Of a stretch of DNA of 64,000 nucleotides, positions 49,809 to 60,480 are shown piece after piece. The translations under genes and the position numbers were made by a program. Below the pieces are notes generated by a model, which worked only from the letters and a program-made list of their open reading frames with translations, did not search any database and was not told where the DNA came from. The stretch comes from Syntrophales bacterium (GTDB lineage: Bacteria; Desulfobacterota; Syntrophia; Syntrophales; PHBD01). The stretch lies in the NCBI GenBank assembly GCA_963668175.1, contig OY764159.1:3360001-3424000 (forward strand). The letters are read 5' to 3'. Position 1 is the stretch's first letter, and each line of letters starts with the position of its first letter.

Positions 49809-51611
49809 TTAGATCGAATCCAGGCCGAGATCCTTTAGCTTGGACTCGCCCGGCTTCGTGGTGTCCGGATTCCATCCTCGATCTTGATAGTACTGGGTGA
49901 GCATGGCGTCGAACTTGGCCCGGTCAAGCACCGAGCCCTTCTTCGGGCCGACGGTGAAAGCGTCTTCAAAAAAGCGGCCGGGAAGCCGGTCATCTTCACG
50001 GCGGAAGCCCTCACGATAATTGAACATCTTCTCCAGGTTGAAAATCCTTTCACCGGCTTTCGAGAAGCTGGCCTTATCGAACTCCCGGCCGGTTATCGCA
50101 CTGAGAAGAGAAAGAACAGGCTCCTCCAGCGCCGGCTCTAATGTGGGGAAAACGCACAAGCCTATCGAATCGATCATGGCCCGCTTGTTCTGCGTTTCAA
50201 TATCGTCTCCGTTCAGATGGCATGCTCCCCTTTCGGCGGTTACGTAAGAAAGTCCCCGGGGCTGATTCGCCTGGATATTGTGCGCGGCCAGTTCGAGCCC
50301 CTTCACGTGGATGGCAAACTTCTCGGAACCTTTTCCTATCCGCCGAGACAGCGCCCTCACACCTTTCGCGGCGAGGTCGCCCACACCGTCCCGGTAGGCG
50401 ATCTTATTGATCATCGCCAGGGTCGCATCGACGCTTCCCCATTTGAGATCGATCCCGTCCAGGAATTTCCGGTCAATTAAACCCTTCTCGTAGGCTTCCA
50501 TGAGGAACCCTATGACGTTGCCCGTCGAGATTTGATCCAGCCCGACATCGTCGAGGTTATAGATCGCTTTCAGGAGCCCGGACATATCGGATATTAAAAG
50601 GTTTGAGCCCAGCATCACGCCGGTTTCATATTCGGGGCCGTCATGAACGATACCGCCGTATCTGCCTCGCGTAATTCCGCTTTTCTTGCAAGCCAGTGGG
50701 CAGCAGTAACAGGCAATGTCTTTTACCCAGACATCGCGCCTTGCAGCGTCGCCGCCGATTTTATGGGCTTCCGTAAACGTGCCCTCGCGATAATTTCGGA
50801 CGGCCTCGGTCCCGGCATTACTGTTTGCCACGATGCCCCTCGCAGTTCCTTGCTCCGCCCACGCCTTCGTGCGCGGGGAGTTCTTGAGAGCCAGCCTGGC
50901 TTTTTCCAGGGCGTCAAGAAATCTCTTATGGTCTGCAACGCCCGGCTGCCCGGTTCCCTTCACGGCGATGGCCTTCAAGTTCTTGGAGCCCATCACGCAG
51001 CCGACGCCGCCTCTGCCCGCCGCCCGCGCCGCGGTATGGAGTATGCTAGAATAAGGGACGAGATTTTCCCCGGCCGGTCCTATATAGGCCGTTTTGAATC
51101 TCCGGTCATTCAGTTCGCTTAAGAGTGCTTTGTCGAAAGCATCGGTCGGCATTCCCTTGAACTTTTTGGCATCGCGAATGGCCACCTTGCCGTCGTCGAT
51201 GACGACATAGCAGAGTTCGGCTGCCTTTCCCGTAATCACGATTCCATCATAGCCGGCAAACCGGACTTCGGGGCCGAAAAATCCGCCCATGTTCGCATAG
51301 GATACTGTCGAAGCGCACGGGTATTCGGATTTCTCGGGCGACGTGATGGGGGATTTCGTCACCACACATGTCCTGGACGAGGATGGGATCGGGAATCCGG
51401 AAAACGGCCCGGGCATAAACATGAGCGGGTTTTCCGCCGAGAGGGGGTCTACACCCGGCTTCTTCAGCCGGTCCCAAAGGATCTTCATTCCGAGGCCTCG
51501 TCCGCCGACGAACTTATCGAGGTCATCGGGGGCGACGGCCTTCTTTTCAATCTTTCCGCTGGAAAGGTCTATATCGAGTATTGCGCCGTGGTATCCGGGT
51601 TTAACGTTCAT
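49809..51611 (-). CDS. Aldehyde:ferredoxin oxidoreductase family (W/Mo) catalytic subunit
   Basis: GGRGLG, IGPAGEN, GRGG.G.VMGSKNLKAI, CYCCPLAC, GPEYET. Confidence 0.92.
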   Translation of the reverse strand: MNVKPGYHGAILDIDLSSGKIEKKAVAPDDLDKFVGGRGLGMKILWDRLKKPGVDPLSAENPLMFMPGPFSGFPIPSSSRTCVVTKSPITSPEKSEYPCASTVSYANMGGFFGPEVRFAGYDGIVITGKAAELCYVVIDDGKVAIRDAKKFKGMPTDAFDKALLSELNDRRFKTAYIGPAGENLVPYSSILHTAARAAGRGGVGCVMGSKNLKAIAVKGTGQPGVADHKRFLDALEKARLALKNSPRTKAWAEQGTARGIVANSNAGTEAVRNYREGTFTEAHKIGGDAARRDVWVKDIACYCCPLACKKSGITRGRYGGIVHDGPEYETGVMLGSNLLISDMSGLLKAIYNLDDVGLDQISTGNVIGFLMEAYEKGLIDRKFLDGIDLKWGSVDATLAMINKIAYRDGVGDLAAKGVRALSRRIGKGSEKFAIHVKGLELAAHNIQANQPRGLSYVTAERGACHLNGDDIETQNKRAMIDSIGLCVFPTLEPALEEPVLSLLSAITGREFDKASFSKAGERIFNLEKMFNYREGFRREDDRLPGRFFEDAFTVGPKKGSVLDRAKFDAMLTQYYQDRGWNPDTTKPGESKLKDLGLDSI

Positions 51612-52333
51612 CTTACACCTCCGAAATCGGCCGTGCCGTACCATTTCATGGCCAGCTCGGCGGCAATCTTTTCCGGTCCGAGGCCGTAATATTTCCTGTT
51701 GGCCCGAACCTCAACATACGATAGTGCCCCGAAAGGGCAGCGTTTTACGCATTGCGGATCGCCTCCGCAAAGCGTGCACATGTGTTCCGGCTTGCCTGTT
51801 TCGGAATTGGGGATAATCACTCCGGTCCTTTGCGAGGCGCAGGCTCCGGCGCAGCTCCGGCATCCGATGCACCGGCCCGCATCGTTGCGAATCGTGCGAG
51901 TCGCTTCATCCCGGTAGAGGGCTCGCCTGCCTGTCTTGGGGTCGGGCTTGACCGGGCAGGCCTTCACGCATGGCGTGTCGGCGCACATGGCGCACACGTT
52001 CGGGACATCCACTTCGGGGTTGAAGCTTTGGACCCGAATATTGGCATAGCGGGGATTTCCAAGTCCGGGCAGTTCCTCGCTGTATATTTTCACAGGTCTG
52101 TTGCGCGACGAACAAACCGTTTCACAAGTCCGGCATCCGGTGCATTTGCCGTAATCGACAAGAACCATCTTAAGGACAGGATCTCCCGAATCGGCCCATG
52201 CCAGCGCATGGATTCCAAATCGACCGAGCAGCAACAGTGTGCCTCCCCCTATCCCGATGCCTTTTACGAATTCCCGTCGAGTGAGATTTGCCCGTTCGTT
52301 ATGACCATGAGTTTCTCTTTTTCCCCTATTCAT
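51608..52333 (-). CDS. 4Fe-4S dicluster protein with twin-arginine-like signal
   Basis: LTRREFVKG; CTGCRTC, CAMC, CIGCRSC, CTLC. Confidence 0.9.
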   Translation of the reverse strand: MNRGKRETHGHNERANLTRREFVKGIGIGGGTLLLLGRFGIHALAWADSGDPVLKMVLVDYGKCTGCRTCETVCSSRNRPVKIYSEELPGLGNPRYANIRVQSFNPEVDVPNVCAMCADTPCVKACPVKPDPKTGRRALYRDEATRTIRNDAGRCIGCRSCAGACASQRTGVIIPNSETGKPEHMCTLCGGDPQCVKRCPFGALSYVEVRANRKYYGLGPEKIAAELAMKWYGTADFGGVR

Positions 52334-52343
52334 GACCGCCTCC

Positions 52344-52838
52344 TTATTTGCCGTTGTATTGCTCGTCGGTGACCTTTTCCATCCATTCCACGTTTTTGCC
52401 GCCCCGCGTTCCCGTAATGGCGATGTGCGTCATGGCGGTGGTGGGCGAGGCCCCGTGCCAATGTTTTACCGTTGGCGAGCACCAGATTACGTCGCCCGTC
52501 CTGATCTCTTCAACCCGGCCGCCCCATGTCCCTGTCCGGCCGACCCCGGCGGTGACGATAAGGTGCTGTCCCGTCGGGTGAGTGTGCCAGGCGGATCTGG
52601 CCCCCGGCTCGAAAGTGACATACGCGCCGGAGTACTGCGCCGAATCCTTGGCGGCAAACAGAGGGTCAACGCGGACGTTGCCGGTAAAATATTCGGCAGA
52701 TCCCTTGACGGAAGGCTGGGAGCCGGCCCGGGCAATCGTCTGCGATGTTTTGTTTCCTTCGTCGGCTGCGGCTTGGTTTGCAAAAGCACCTGCGAATATC
52801 ACTAATAAAAACGATAACAGCATGGCTGTGCGTTTCAT
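52344..52838 (-). CDS. Exported cupin protein
   Basis: [22 protein letters not shown]. Confidence 0.9.
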   Translation of the reverse strand: MKRTAMLLSFLLVIFAGAFANQAAADEGNKTSQTIARAGSQPSVKGSAEYFTGNVRVDPLFAAKDSAQYSGAYVTFEPGARSAWHTHPTGQHLIVTAGVGRTGTWGGRVEEIRTGDVIWCSPTVKHWHGASPTTAMTHIAITGTRGGKNVEWMEKVTDEQYNGK

Positions 52839-52893
52839 TTTTCCTCCTTAAATTATTGATGTCCGGCTTTGGCCGGAAGTGTAAGCCCTTCAA

Positions 52894-53721
52894 TCACTTC
52901 GGAGCAAGTTCGCCGTACCAGTAGGCGGCTGTGACTCCGCCATCCATGAGGAAGTCGCTGCCGGTGATGAACGCACCGTCCGGCCCCATCAGGAGAGCGC
53001 CGATTGTTCCTACTTCATCCGGCGTACCGGCGCGCCCGGCCGCTGACAATTCGATCATTCGCCGATATCCCGCTCCGCGCGGGCCGGTCAGCTCGTCTTT
53101 GGCGAGAGGCGTGACGATGATGCCGGGGCTGATCGTGTTGAGCCGTGCGCCGCGTTTGCCCCACCGCACCGCCTCGGCCATCACCCGCAACGAGTTCCCG
53201 CGTTTGGAGACTTGGTAGGCATGAAGCGGGTCCGTCATCTGGTCCGGCTGGAGCATGGGAAGAGCGAGCAACTCGTCGGCAGGTGTCGTCGCCAGCGCCT
53301 TGTTTTGTTCGGGTGTCAACGCCGGGAGGCGGTGCCCGGACTGTGAGGCGATAACGACGCCCGCTCCGTCGCGCGAGATGACGTTGCCGAATTCTTCAAG
53401 CACGAGCGCGGTACCGTATAGATCGACCTTTAGGATCGCGGCGGGCGATGCCTGTGTCGGCGAAACACCCGCGGCATGAATGATGCCGATTATGTTGCCG
53501 ATCGCCGTCGCTGTTTCGACGAGCGCGTGGACCGACTTTTGCAATGAAACATCGACTGCCGCTGTGCTCACCTCAAATCCGGCGTCACCAAGGATCTTCG
53601 CAGCCATTTCGGCGTTTTCCTGTCGCAGATCGGCCAGCAGAACGTGTTTGCCCGCACTGACTCGCCTTGCGATTGCCTGACCGATCGATCCGGCACCGAT
53701 CACTACGATAACATTCTTCAT
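52894..53721 (-). CDS. SDR family oxidoreductase
   Basis: GAGSIG, YQVSK, NTISPG. Confidence 0.92.
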   Translation of the reverse strand: MKNVIVVIGAGSIGQAIARRVSAGKHVLLADLRQENAEMAAKILGDAGFEVSTAAVDVSLQKSVHALVETATAIGNIIGIIHAAGVSPTQASPAAILKVDLYGTALVLEEFGNVISRDGAGVVIASQSGHRLPALTPEQNKALATTPADELLALPMLQPDQMTDPLHAYQVSKRGNSLRVMAEAVRWGKRGARLNTISPGIIVTPLAKDELTGPRGAGYRRMIELSAAGRAGTPDEVGTIGALLMGPDGAFITGSDFLMDGGVTAAYWYGELAPK

Positions 53722-53770
53722 GACAATCTCCTTCCCTGGAAATAGACTGCCCCTGCCTATTTCTTCGGCT

Positions 53771-54301
53771 TCAGGGCATCATCCCGAGTTTTTTCAGCCA
53801 ATTTTCGACGTCCTTGTCTGCCCTATCAACGTCGCCGCCTCTTATGGCCAAACCGGACAGCACTTTGGAATGCGGACAAGCTTTCCTGATGTCCCGCTCG
53901 CTGCTTCCCATTCCGCTGCCTTCATGCGTGCAATAGGGAACAACGGTCTTTCCCGAAAAATCGTAGGCCTCCAAAAACGTCAGCACCGCCATCGGCATGG
54001 TCCCCCACCAGTTCGGATACCCGATGTAGATCACATCGTAAGAATCCATGTTTTTCACTTTTTCCTGAAGCTCGGGTCTGGCATTCTTCTTCTTTTCTTC
54101 CTGTGCGACATTCGTTGCTTCCGTATAGTCCAGCGGGTAAGATTTGACCGTTCTGATCTGGAACAGGTCGCTTCCCGTTAATTTCTGCATTTTCTTTGCT
54201 ATTACTTCCGTGTTTCCAATGGGCAGGTTTACAATGCTCCCACCCACATAATTATTTCCTTTGCGTGAAAAATAAGCGATAAGGCTCTTTGACTTCGGCA
54301 T
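53771..54301 (-). CDS. Flavodoxin
   Basis: AYFSR.G, GYPNWWG, CTHEGSG. Confidence 0.92.
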   Translation of the reverse strand: MPKSKSLIAYFSRKGNNYVGGSIVNLPIGNTEVIAKKMQKLTGSDLFQIRTVKSYPLDYTEATNVAQEEKKKNARPELQEKVKNMDSYDVIYIGYPNWWGTMPMAVLTFLEAYDFSGKTVVPYCTHEGSGMGSSERDIRKACPHSKVLSGLAIRGGDVDRADKDVENWLKKLGMMP

Positions 54302-54370
54302 TTATGATTCCTTTCTATGCTTCCCCATGGTCTCTGCAGGCACAACGCAAGGTACCTTTGCTTTAAGAAA

Positions 54371-55525
54371 TTATTTTAACTTGTTATATTCTTCATCGGT
54401 CACCGGCTCCAGCCATTCAGGCGATCCCGCGTGAACATTTGTCTCAATTGCCAGATGCGAAAACCAGCTGTCGGGCGCCGCACCATGCCAGTGCTTTATA
54501 TTCGGAGCGATTTGTACGACGTCACCCGGATGAAGTTCCCGGGCGGGATTTCCTTCCTCCTGATAATAACCCCGTCCACCCGTCACCAATAAAATCTGTC
54601 CGCCGGGGTGCTTATGCCAGTTGTTTCTTGCTTTCGGTTCAAATGTGACATTGCCGATCGGGCAATTGAATTGATTGTCGCGTGCAACAAGCCTGCTTAA
54701 ATATGCCGTTCCGATGAAATATTTGCTGTACTGCTCCGGAAGTCTCTCTCCTCTTGGGAAGATCGTACTCTCAGCCAGATTGTTCATGCTGAGTTCTCCT
54801 TTGATGTCCTCGCGGCCTAAAACCTTGCTCAATACCGAACTGGCATTAACGGCCTCCTTTTGGCCTACTTTAACTTCGAGAATGGCTATCAGGCTCCTCA
54901 TCTGCGCCTCTGTCAGACCTGTATTAAGCCCTACGTTGAAGTGGGACTGCAGCTGGGGATTGACTCCCTTCATATTGGCCAGGGCCGAAATGGTTGCGAT
55001 CTCTCTTTGCTGGAAATCCAGGTTATCTCGCCCGAAGATGTCTCCGAACAGGTGGCCTTTGAGGAATCGGTCGATGACGGGGGCAAACGTATAAATAGGA
55101 CCTGTTACCGGTCGTCCCACAAGGCGCGTCTGGATTTCCGTACCAAGTTCGATGCTGCTTTTTCCGGTGGGCAGGGGGTCCGATTCCCTGCCGGGATTGT
55201 CCTTGAGGCCCTGTTTCTGCCGTTCGTTAAGGACGCCCATGAAGGTGTCGATGGCATTTAAGCTGCGGGGAAACCCCGCATAGGCGTAAAGCTGCACGAG
55301 GATTTCCTTGATCTCGCTGATGGTCAAACCGGCGTCCAATCCTTCACTCAAGGCCGTTTTCAGTTTCGCAAGATCGCCATTGGCGGTGAAGGCTGCGATC
55401 GTGACGATCTTTTCCTGTTTGATGTTCAAGCCGTTGTTTTTCATAGTCCGTGCCTCCGAAATATTTGCCATGCTGAATAGTGTGAGCAATACACCAGCCA
55501 GAATTATGTAGAGCTTATTCTTCAT
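54371..55525 (-). CDS. Carboxymuconolactone decarboxylase-like plus cupin fusion
   Basis: YAYAGFPRSLNA, HLFGDIF, VTFEP...WHKHPGGQ. Confidence 0.88.
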   Translation of the reverse strand: MKNKLYIILAGVLLTLFSMANISEARTMKNNGLNIKQEKIVTIAAFTANGDLAKLKTALSEGLDAGLTISEIKEILVQLYAYAGFPRSLNAIDTFMGVLNERQKQGLKDNPGRESDPLPTGKSSIELGTEIQTRLVGRPVTGPIYTFAPVIDRFLKGHLFGDIFGRDNLDFQQREIATISALANMKGVNPQLQSHFNVGLNTGLTEAQMRSLIAILEVKVGQKEAVNASSVLSKVLGREDIKGELSMNNLAESTIFPRGERLPEQYSKYFIGTAYLSRLVARDNQFNCPIGNVTFEPKARNNWHKHPGGQILLVTGGRGYYQEEGNPARELHPGDVVQIAPNIKHWHGAAPDSWFSHLAIETNVHAGSPEWLEPVTDEEYNKLK

Positions 55526-55571
55526 GATATGTCCTCCCTTAAATGAATTTCCACCGGTCTTTGAGACTCCT

Positions 55572-56912
55572 TTAAGGTTGCTGCAGCTCAGGTTCTTCGA
55601 GTTTCAGATCGGCCAGACGAACAAGCTTCTGCCGGACCATCTCGATATTTTGCTTCAGGCTGAAGACCTCGTCATAGAACGCGACAGGCACGTGCAACCC
55701 GGAAATCCCCTTTTCGATTCTATCCAGCCTCGAATGATAGTCGTCGACGTCTTCCGGACGCCGATACTCCTTCAAGTCCTCTTCGAGCGACCGAAGATCC
55801 CGGTACCATCGATAATACTTCGATCGATTCTTCCAGGTATAGAGCCAGGGAAGGATGCTGATGAGTGGGATCAGCACTACGCCGGACGAGATCAGGACGA
55901 GCAGCATCCGGTCGATGAAGGTCGCCGCCCAGAAAGGCAGATAGCCATGCAGCCAGGAACCTCCCGTTCGGTAGTACCGTTGCGCTTGCTCGCTTATGGG
56001 GAAATCCTGCGTCTTCGGCATAGGGAATTCCCCTGCCCTGTGATCCCATCCGACCCCTCCGTGAATCTCGGTGGCGGCCCTCAGTAGAAGGTAAACCAAG
56101 GCCGGATGCATGTCCTTGCGCGCAAGCAGGTTCGCCGCGGGGGCTAGTAGGTGGATATCGGCGGCCGGGTAGCGCTTCGCCGGGTCAAACACCCCTTTTG
56201 GAATGACTACGTGGGAAAGGTGGGGGAAGAATCTCGTATAGGCCTCGGCCTGGGAGAGGCTCATGAGTTTTACTCCCGGCGTTGCGAGAAGATCCTGAAC
56301 AAGTTCACTGTCCGCAGCGCTGGAGGTTAGGACCGCGTCCACTTTACCTGCCTTTAATGCCTTCGCCGCCTCGGGATTTGGGTACTCGTGCAGGATCGTC
56401 GGCGGTATTGAAACACCCGCTGCCTTAAGCAAATCTAACGAAATTTTACGTACACCGCTCCCTTCCGGACCGATGCTGATACGTTTGCCCCGAAGCTGTG
56501 ACAGGTCGTCCAAGGTCTCTTTATCGCGATAGAAGATCCACACGGGCGTATAGAAGACGCTGCCTAAAGAGACGAGGTTTGAAGGAGTTTCCACCTTCCC
56601 CATGCCGTCCTGCACGAAACCCGCATCTATGGCCTGCGATGTGTCAAGGAGGCGCTGAAGATTCTCCATGGAACCCGTCGAAGGAAGCGGTTTCAGATCA
56701 ACCCCATATCGTGCAAAAAACTGCCGGTATCGTTCTCCGAATACGACGGTTGACCCTCCGGTCATTCCTGTGGACAACGTAAGCGTCTTCGGCGGCATGG
56801 GCTGAAGGAAATTATACCGTGCCCAGCCGATGAGAAGGATAACAAGTATTACCGTCAGCAATATCAGGATGGCGGTTTTCGGGGTCAGCTCCCGTATCTT
56901 GTTTTGGCGCAT
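55572..56912 (-). CDS. TAXI family TRAP solute-binding protein with C-terminal TM
   Basis: TGS.ENL, GFVQ, IGPEGSG, LPFWAA. Confidence 0.85.
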   Translation of the reverse strand: MRQNKIRELTPKTAILILLTVILVILLIGWARYNFLQPMPPKTLTLSTGMTGGSTVVFGERYRQFFARYGVDLKPLPSTGSMENLQRLLDTSQAIDAGFVQDGMGKVETPSNLVSLGSVFYTPVWIFYRDKETLDDLSQLRGKRISIGPEGSGVRKISLDLLKAAGVSIPPTILHEYPNPEAAKALKAGKVDAVLTSSAADSELVQDLLATPGVKLMSLSQAEAYTRFFPHLSHVVIPKGVFDPAKRYPAADIHLLAPAANLLARKDMHPALVYLLLRAATEIHGGVGWDHRAGEFPMPKTQDFPISEQAQRYYRTGGSWLHGYLPFWAATFIDRMLLVLISSGVVLIPLISILPWLYTWKNRSKYYRWYRDLRSLEEDLKEYRRPEDVDDYHSRLDRIEKGISGLHVPVAFYDEVFSLKQNIEMVRQKLVRLADLKLEEPELQQP

Positions 56913-56943
56913 AACAGAACCTCGACTAAAGACCTTCTCTCAA

Positions 56944-57564
56944 TTAACGCAATTCCACAGAGAGTTTAGGGTAAGGAGAAGTATCCAAAATTGACGCTAT
57001 GGCTTTTCCCAGCCAGGCAATCGTTTGCCCAAGGTGGCTCATATTCCGCATACCTTCGTCGTCGTTAAGCACTTCTCCTTTTAAACATCCTATTCCCATG
57101 TTCCAGTACAAAGAACCGGGGACAATCATCGAAGATATCTGAAACATGTGATTGATTGTGTCAAAAGCATGCGTTGCGCCACCACGTCGGGCCGCCACGA
57201 CTGCGGCGCCGATCTTCCCGCTGAATGCACCGCGGTTCGCCAGTGCCACAAATCCTGCCCGATCGATCAGCGCCTTCATCTCAGGGGTTACATCAGCGAA
57301 ATAAGTCGGTGAGCCGAGGATAATGGCATCGGCAGCGAACATCTGTTCAAGATAATCGTTGATAAAATCATCCTCGATAGCGCAACGCCCGTTCTGCTTT
57401 TCGACACACTTCAGGCAGGCAATACAACCCCGTACATTTTTGCCACCAATTCGTCGGTACTCGGTGTGCCAGCTGGCAGATTCGAGCGGCTCAAGTACTT
57501 TTTTGAGCAGGATTTCCGTATTACCGCCTGATCTGGGGCTTCCGTTTATCGCTATTGCTTTCAA
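56944..57564 (-). CDS. Iron-sulfur flavoprotein / FMN reductase
   Basis: NGSPR..GNT, GCIACLKC, GSPTYF, ARRGG. Confidence 0.9.
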   Translation of the reverse strand: MKAIAINGSPRSGGNTEILLKKVLEPLESASWHTEYRRIGGKNVRGCIACLKCVEKQNGRCAIEDDFINDYLEQMFAADAIILGSPTYFADVTPEMKALIDRAGFVALANRGAFSGKIGAAVVAARRGGATHAFDTINHMFQISSMIVPGSLYWNMGIGCLKGEVLNDDEGMRNMSHLGQTIAWLGKAIASILDTSPYPKLSVELR

Positions 57565-57657
57565 ATTACTTTCCTCTATTATCTTTGTAAGTGATAGACC
57601 TGATTATGGATTCGGTTAATTCCCGTCCTTTGAAGGCGCTTCGTGTATGGTCGCTGC

Positions 57658-58896
57658 TTAAAGCGCCATGCGCAGCACTTCAATGATATCCGTCTCACTC
57701 ATGGGTGGTCGCCCGGGGAGGCGTCCCTCATTGTCGTGGACGATGCGAATCGTGTCCTGGGCATATCGCTCGAACATCGCATCGTCGATGCCGAGTTGAG
57801 ATAGGCGAGTCGGACAGCCGATGGAGCGCAGAAATTTCTCGAAACGATCTATACCTTCCCGGGCACAATCGGAATCCTCGGGTTCCATAGCCGACTGCCC
57901 GAAGATTCGCCGCGAGAACTGCGCAAAACGGTCTGGCCTTACCTTGGCGGCAAAGCGCATCCAGGCCGGGTTGAGTACTGCCAGCCCTGCCCCGTGCGTG
58001 ACATCGTGGTGGGCCGATAATACATGCTCAATCATGTGTACCGGGTACGATGCGGCTATTCCGACCTGTACCCATCCGTTAAGAGCCACTACGGAAGCCC
58101 ACTGAACCTGGGCGCGTGCTTCGAGATTGCTTCCGTCTGCCACAGCTTTTGGACCCCATTCCAAAGCGGTTTGGATGACGCCTTCGGCGAAGCGGTCTTG
58201 TAACGGTGTTCCATTGATACCGTTGAAGTAGCCCTCTGTCACGTGGGTAATCAGATCGCAAACGCCATACGCCGTTTGATCCCGTGGAACGCTCAATGTC
58301 AGCTCGGGATCCACCAGTGCGACGCGCGGGTAGAGGCATTCAGCGATTACAAATGACTTTTCGCTCGTATGCTCGTTGGTAATAACGGCGCCATTGTTCA
58401 TCTCCGAGCCGGTAGCGGCCAGCGTTGGCACAGTGATGATGGGAAGAGCTCTCGTCGGGGGGTGCGGCGTATCCTGACCGTGGTGGATCATATCCCATGG
58501 ATCGCCCTCGTGGAATACGGCCGCCGCCATTGCTTTGGCCGCGTCCATTGTACTGCCGCCGCCCAGACCGATAACCACATCGCAATTCTCGTTGCGGGCG
58601 ATCTGAGCGCCGCGAATGACAGATGACAGTCGTGGATTGGGTTCGACGCCTGAACATTCTACAATTGAGACACCTGCAGCCGTCAGACTCGATACCGCTT
58701 GCTCAAAAGTTCCGCTGCGTTTTACGCTGCCGCCGCCCGTAACAATCAAGGCGCGCATGCCATATGTTTGCGCAACTTCGCCAAGACGAGATAACCCACC
58801 GGCAGCGAAAATAAGGCGGGTCGGATTCTGGAATTCAAACTGCATGATTTCCGCGTTCGGAAGTGTTCCTTCATGAAGTTTATTTCTTTCTGCCAT
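57658..58896 (-). CDS. Iron-containing alcohol dehydrogenase (YqhD/Bdh-like)
   Basis: NPTRLIF, GGGS, PTLAATGSE, H.IEH, HGAGL. Confidence 0.92.
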   Translation of the reverse strand: MAERNKLHEGTLPNAEIMQFEFQNPTRLIFAAGGLSRLGEVAQTYGMRALIVTGGGSVKRSGTFEQAVSSLTAAGVSIVECSGVEPNPRLSSVIRGAQIARNENCDVVIGLGGGSTMDAAKAMAAAVFHEGDPWDMIHHGQDTPHPPTRALPIITVPTLAATGSEMNNGAVITNEHTSEKSFVIAECLYPRVALVDPELTLSVPRDQTAYGVCDLITHVTEGYFNGINGTPLQDRFAEGVIQTALEWGPKAVADGSNLEARAQVQWASVVALNGWVQVGIAASYPVHMIEHVLSAHHDVTHGAGLAVLNPAWMRFAAKVRPDRFAQFSRRIFGQSAMEPEDSDCAREGIDRFEKFLRSIGCPTRLSQLGIDDAMFERYAQDTIRIVHDNEGRLPGRPPMSETDIIEVLRMAL

Positions 58897-59162
58897 CTTT
58901 TATTTCTCCTTCCGTCGATAAGAGACTCTTTAGAACCACCCTTCGTATCCATTGGCGGTATGATCGACGAGTGGCCTCTATAAACCGCCCGAAGCTCAAA
59001 TATGTCCTGAGCCTCTTTTATTTGTATCCTACTCTTGAAAAAATGAATGGGGTAGACCGATTCTGCTTAATTCTTGCCTAATCGTCCAATATGTAAAAAA
59101 TGTGTTGTGAAATGGAATTAAGTTCGGGTAAGATCAGTGAAACTAGAAAAGAGGAAAATACC

Positions 59163-60098
59163 ATGAATAAAAAGAAGATTATTGCGGCGCATGAAGTCGA
59201 TGATCTCCATAGTGCACGAGCGGCCCTGGCAGAGAGGATTGCCCGATGGACCAAGGGGAAAGACCAACCGGATACTGCGATTCCGGATCTTACGCTTCGC
59301 CAGTGGGAAGGACCCACAGAACCGACAAGCTATATGCACGAGTCAAGCATCTGCTTGATCGCGCAGGGAGCCAAACGCGTACTGCTTGGAGAGGAAACAT
59401 ACGTTTATGACGCACACCACTTTCTGATCACGTCCGTGGATCTGCCTGTAATGGCGCAGGTCATCGAAGCGAGTAAGGAAAAACCTTACCTGGGATTGAA
59501 GTTGAAGCTTGATCAGCGTGCTATCGCGCAATTGATGGTAGACAGCAATCTTCCTTTACCCCGTATGCAGCAGGCGGGCCGGGGACTGGCCGTCAGCGAG
59601 GTTTCGTTGCCCCTGCTTAGCGCTTTCAAGCGGTTGATTGATTTACTGGACGCGCCGGATGACATCCCCATCCTTGCACCGTTAATTCAGCGGGAAATCC
59701 TATACCGTTTACTGATGGGCGAACAGGGGCCGCGTCTCCGGCAAATCGGCGCCACGGGTAGCCGTAGTCATCAAGTCGCGAGGGCGATCGACTGGCTGAA
59801 AGTCAATTATTCCGAGCCGCTTCGTGTCGATGATCTGGCGGCTTATGCAAGGATGAGCACATCCAGTTTCCATCACCATTTCCGTGAATTGACGGCCATG
59901 AGCCCGTTGCAGTTCCAGAAATGGCTGCGGCTGCACGAAGCCAGGCTTATGATGCTGACGGATCATGTGGATGCGGCGACTGCGGCATTCAATGTCGGCT
60001 ATGAGAGTCCCTCCCAGTTTAGCAGGGAGTACAGCCGTCTGTTTGGGGCGCCTCCTTTGCGCGACATTAAGAGCTTGAACGAAATGGCTGCCGGCTGA
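59163..60098 (+). CDS. AraC family regulator (YqhC-like)
   Basis: AQGAK, MSPLQFQK..RL, VGYES.SQFSREY; start reset. Confidence 0.92.
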   Translation: MNKKKIIAAHEVDDLHSARAALAERIARWTKGKDQPDTAIPDLTLRQWEGPTEPTSYMHESSICLIAQGAKRVLLGEETYVYDAHHFLITSVDLPVMAQVIEASKEKPYLGLKLKLDQRAIAQLMVDSNLPLPRMQQAGRGLAVSEVSLPLLSAFKRLIDLLDAPDDIPILAPLIQREILYRLLMGEQGPRLRQIGATGSRSHQVARAIDWLKVNYSEPLRVDDLAAYARMSTSSFHHHFRELTAMSPLQFQKWLRLHEARLMMLTDHVDAATAAFNVGYESPSQFSREYSRLFGAPPLRDIKSLNEMAAG

Positions 60099-60480
60099 CG
60101 GATCATATTTACTTATAAATCATCAATAGCTCCACAGAAGCTTGAACGTTTGGGAACTTTGGCGTGAGAAGAACCTTTCTTGTCCGATTATCCAAACCTT
60201 CGGGCATGCGAGCGCGCAATAATCACTCACTGAATAATATCGTAAAGTAAAGGCAACAGAACGCGTCCTGATGGTACTTAGTAGCGGACTGACAAGTCTG
60301 TTCAGTAGTGTTGTGTCTTAGCATCGCTTTGACGATTTTTGTGGCTGGGATACAAATATATACTGATATAATCAGAATTTGTGCTATATTAAATAAGTTA
60401 TTCCTTCAAATACCTTGAAGACAAAGAATTTGTCACTCTTACGCTGAATATCAACTTTATCCGATGATAAGAGGTTGAAA

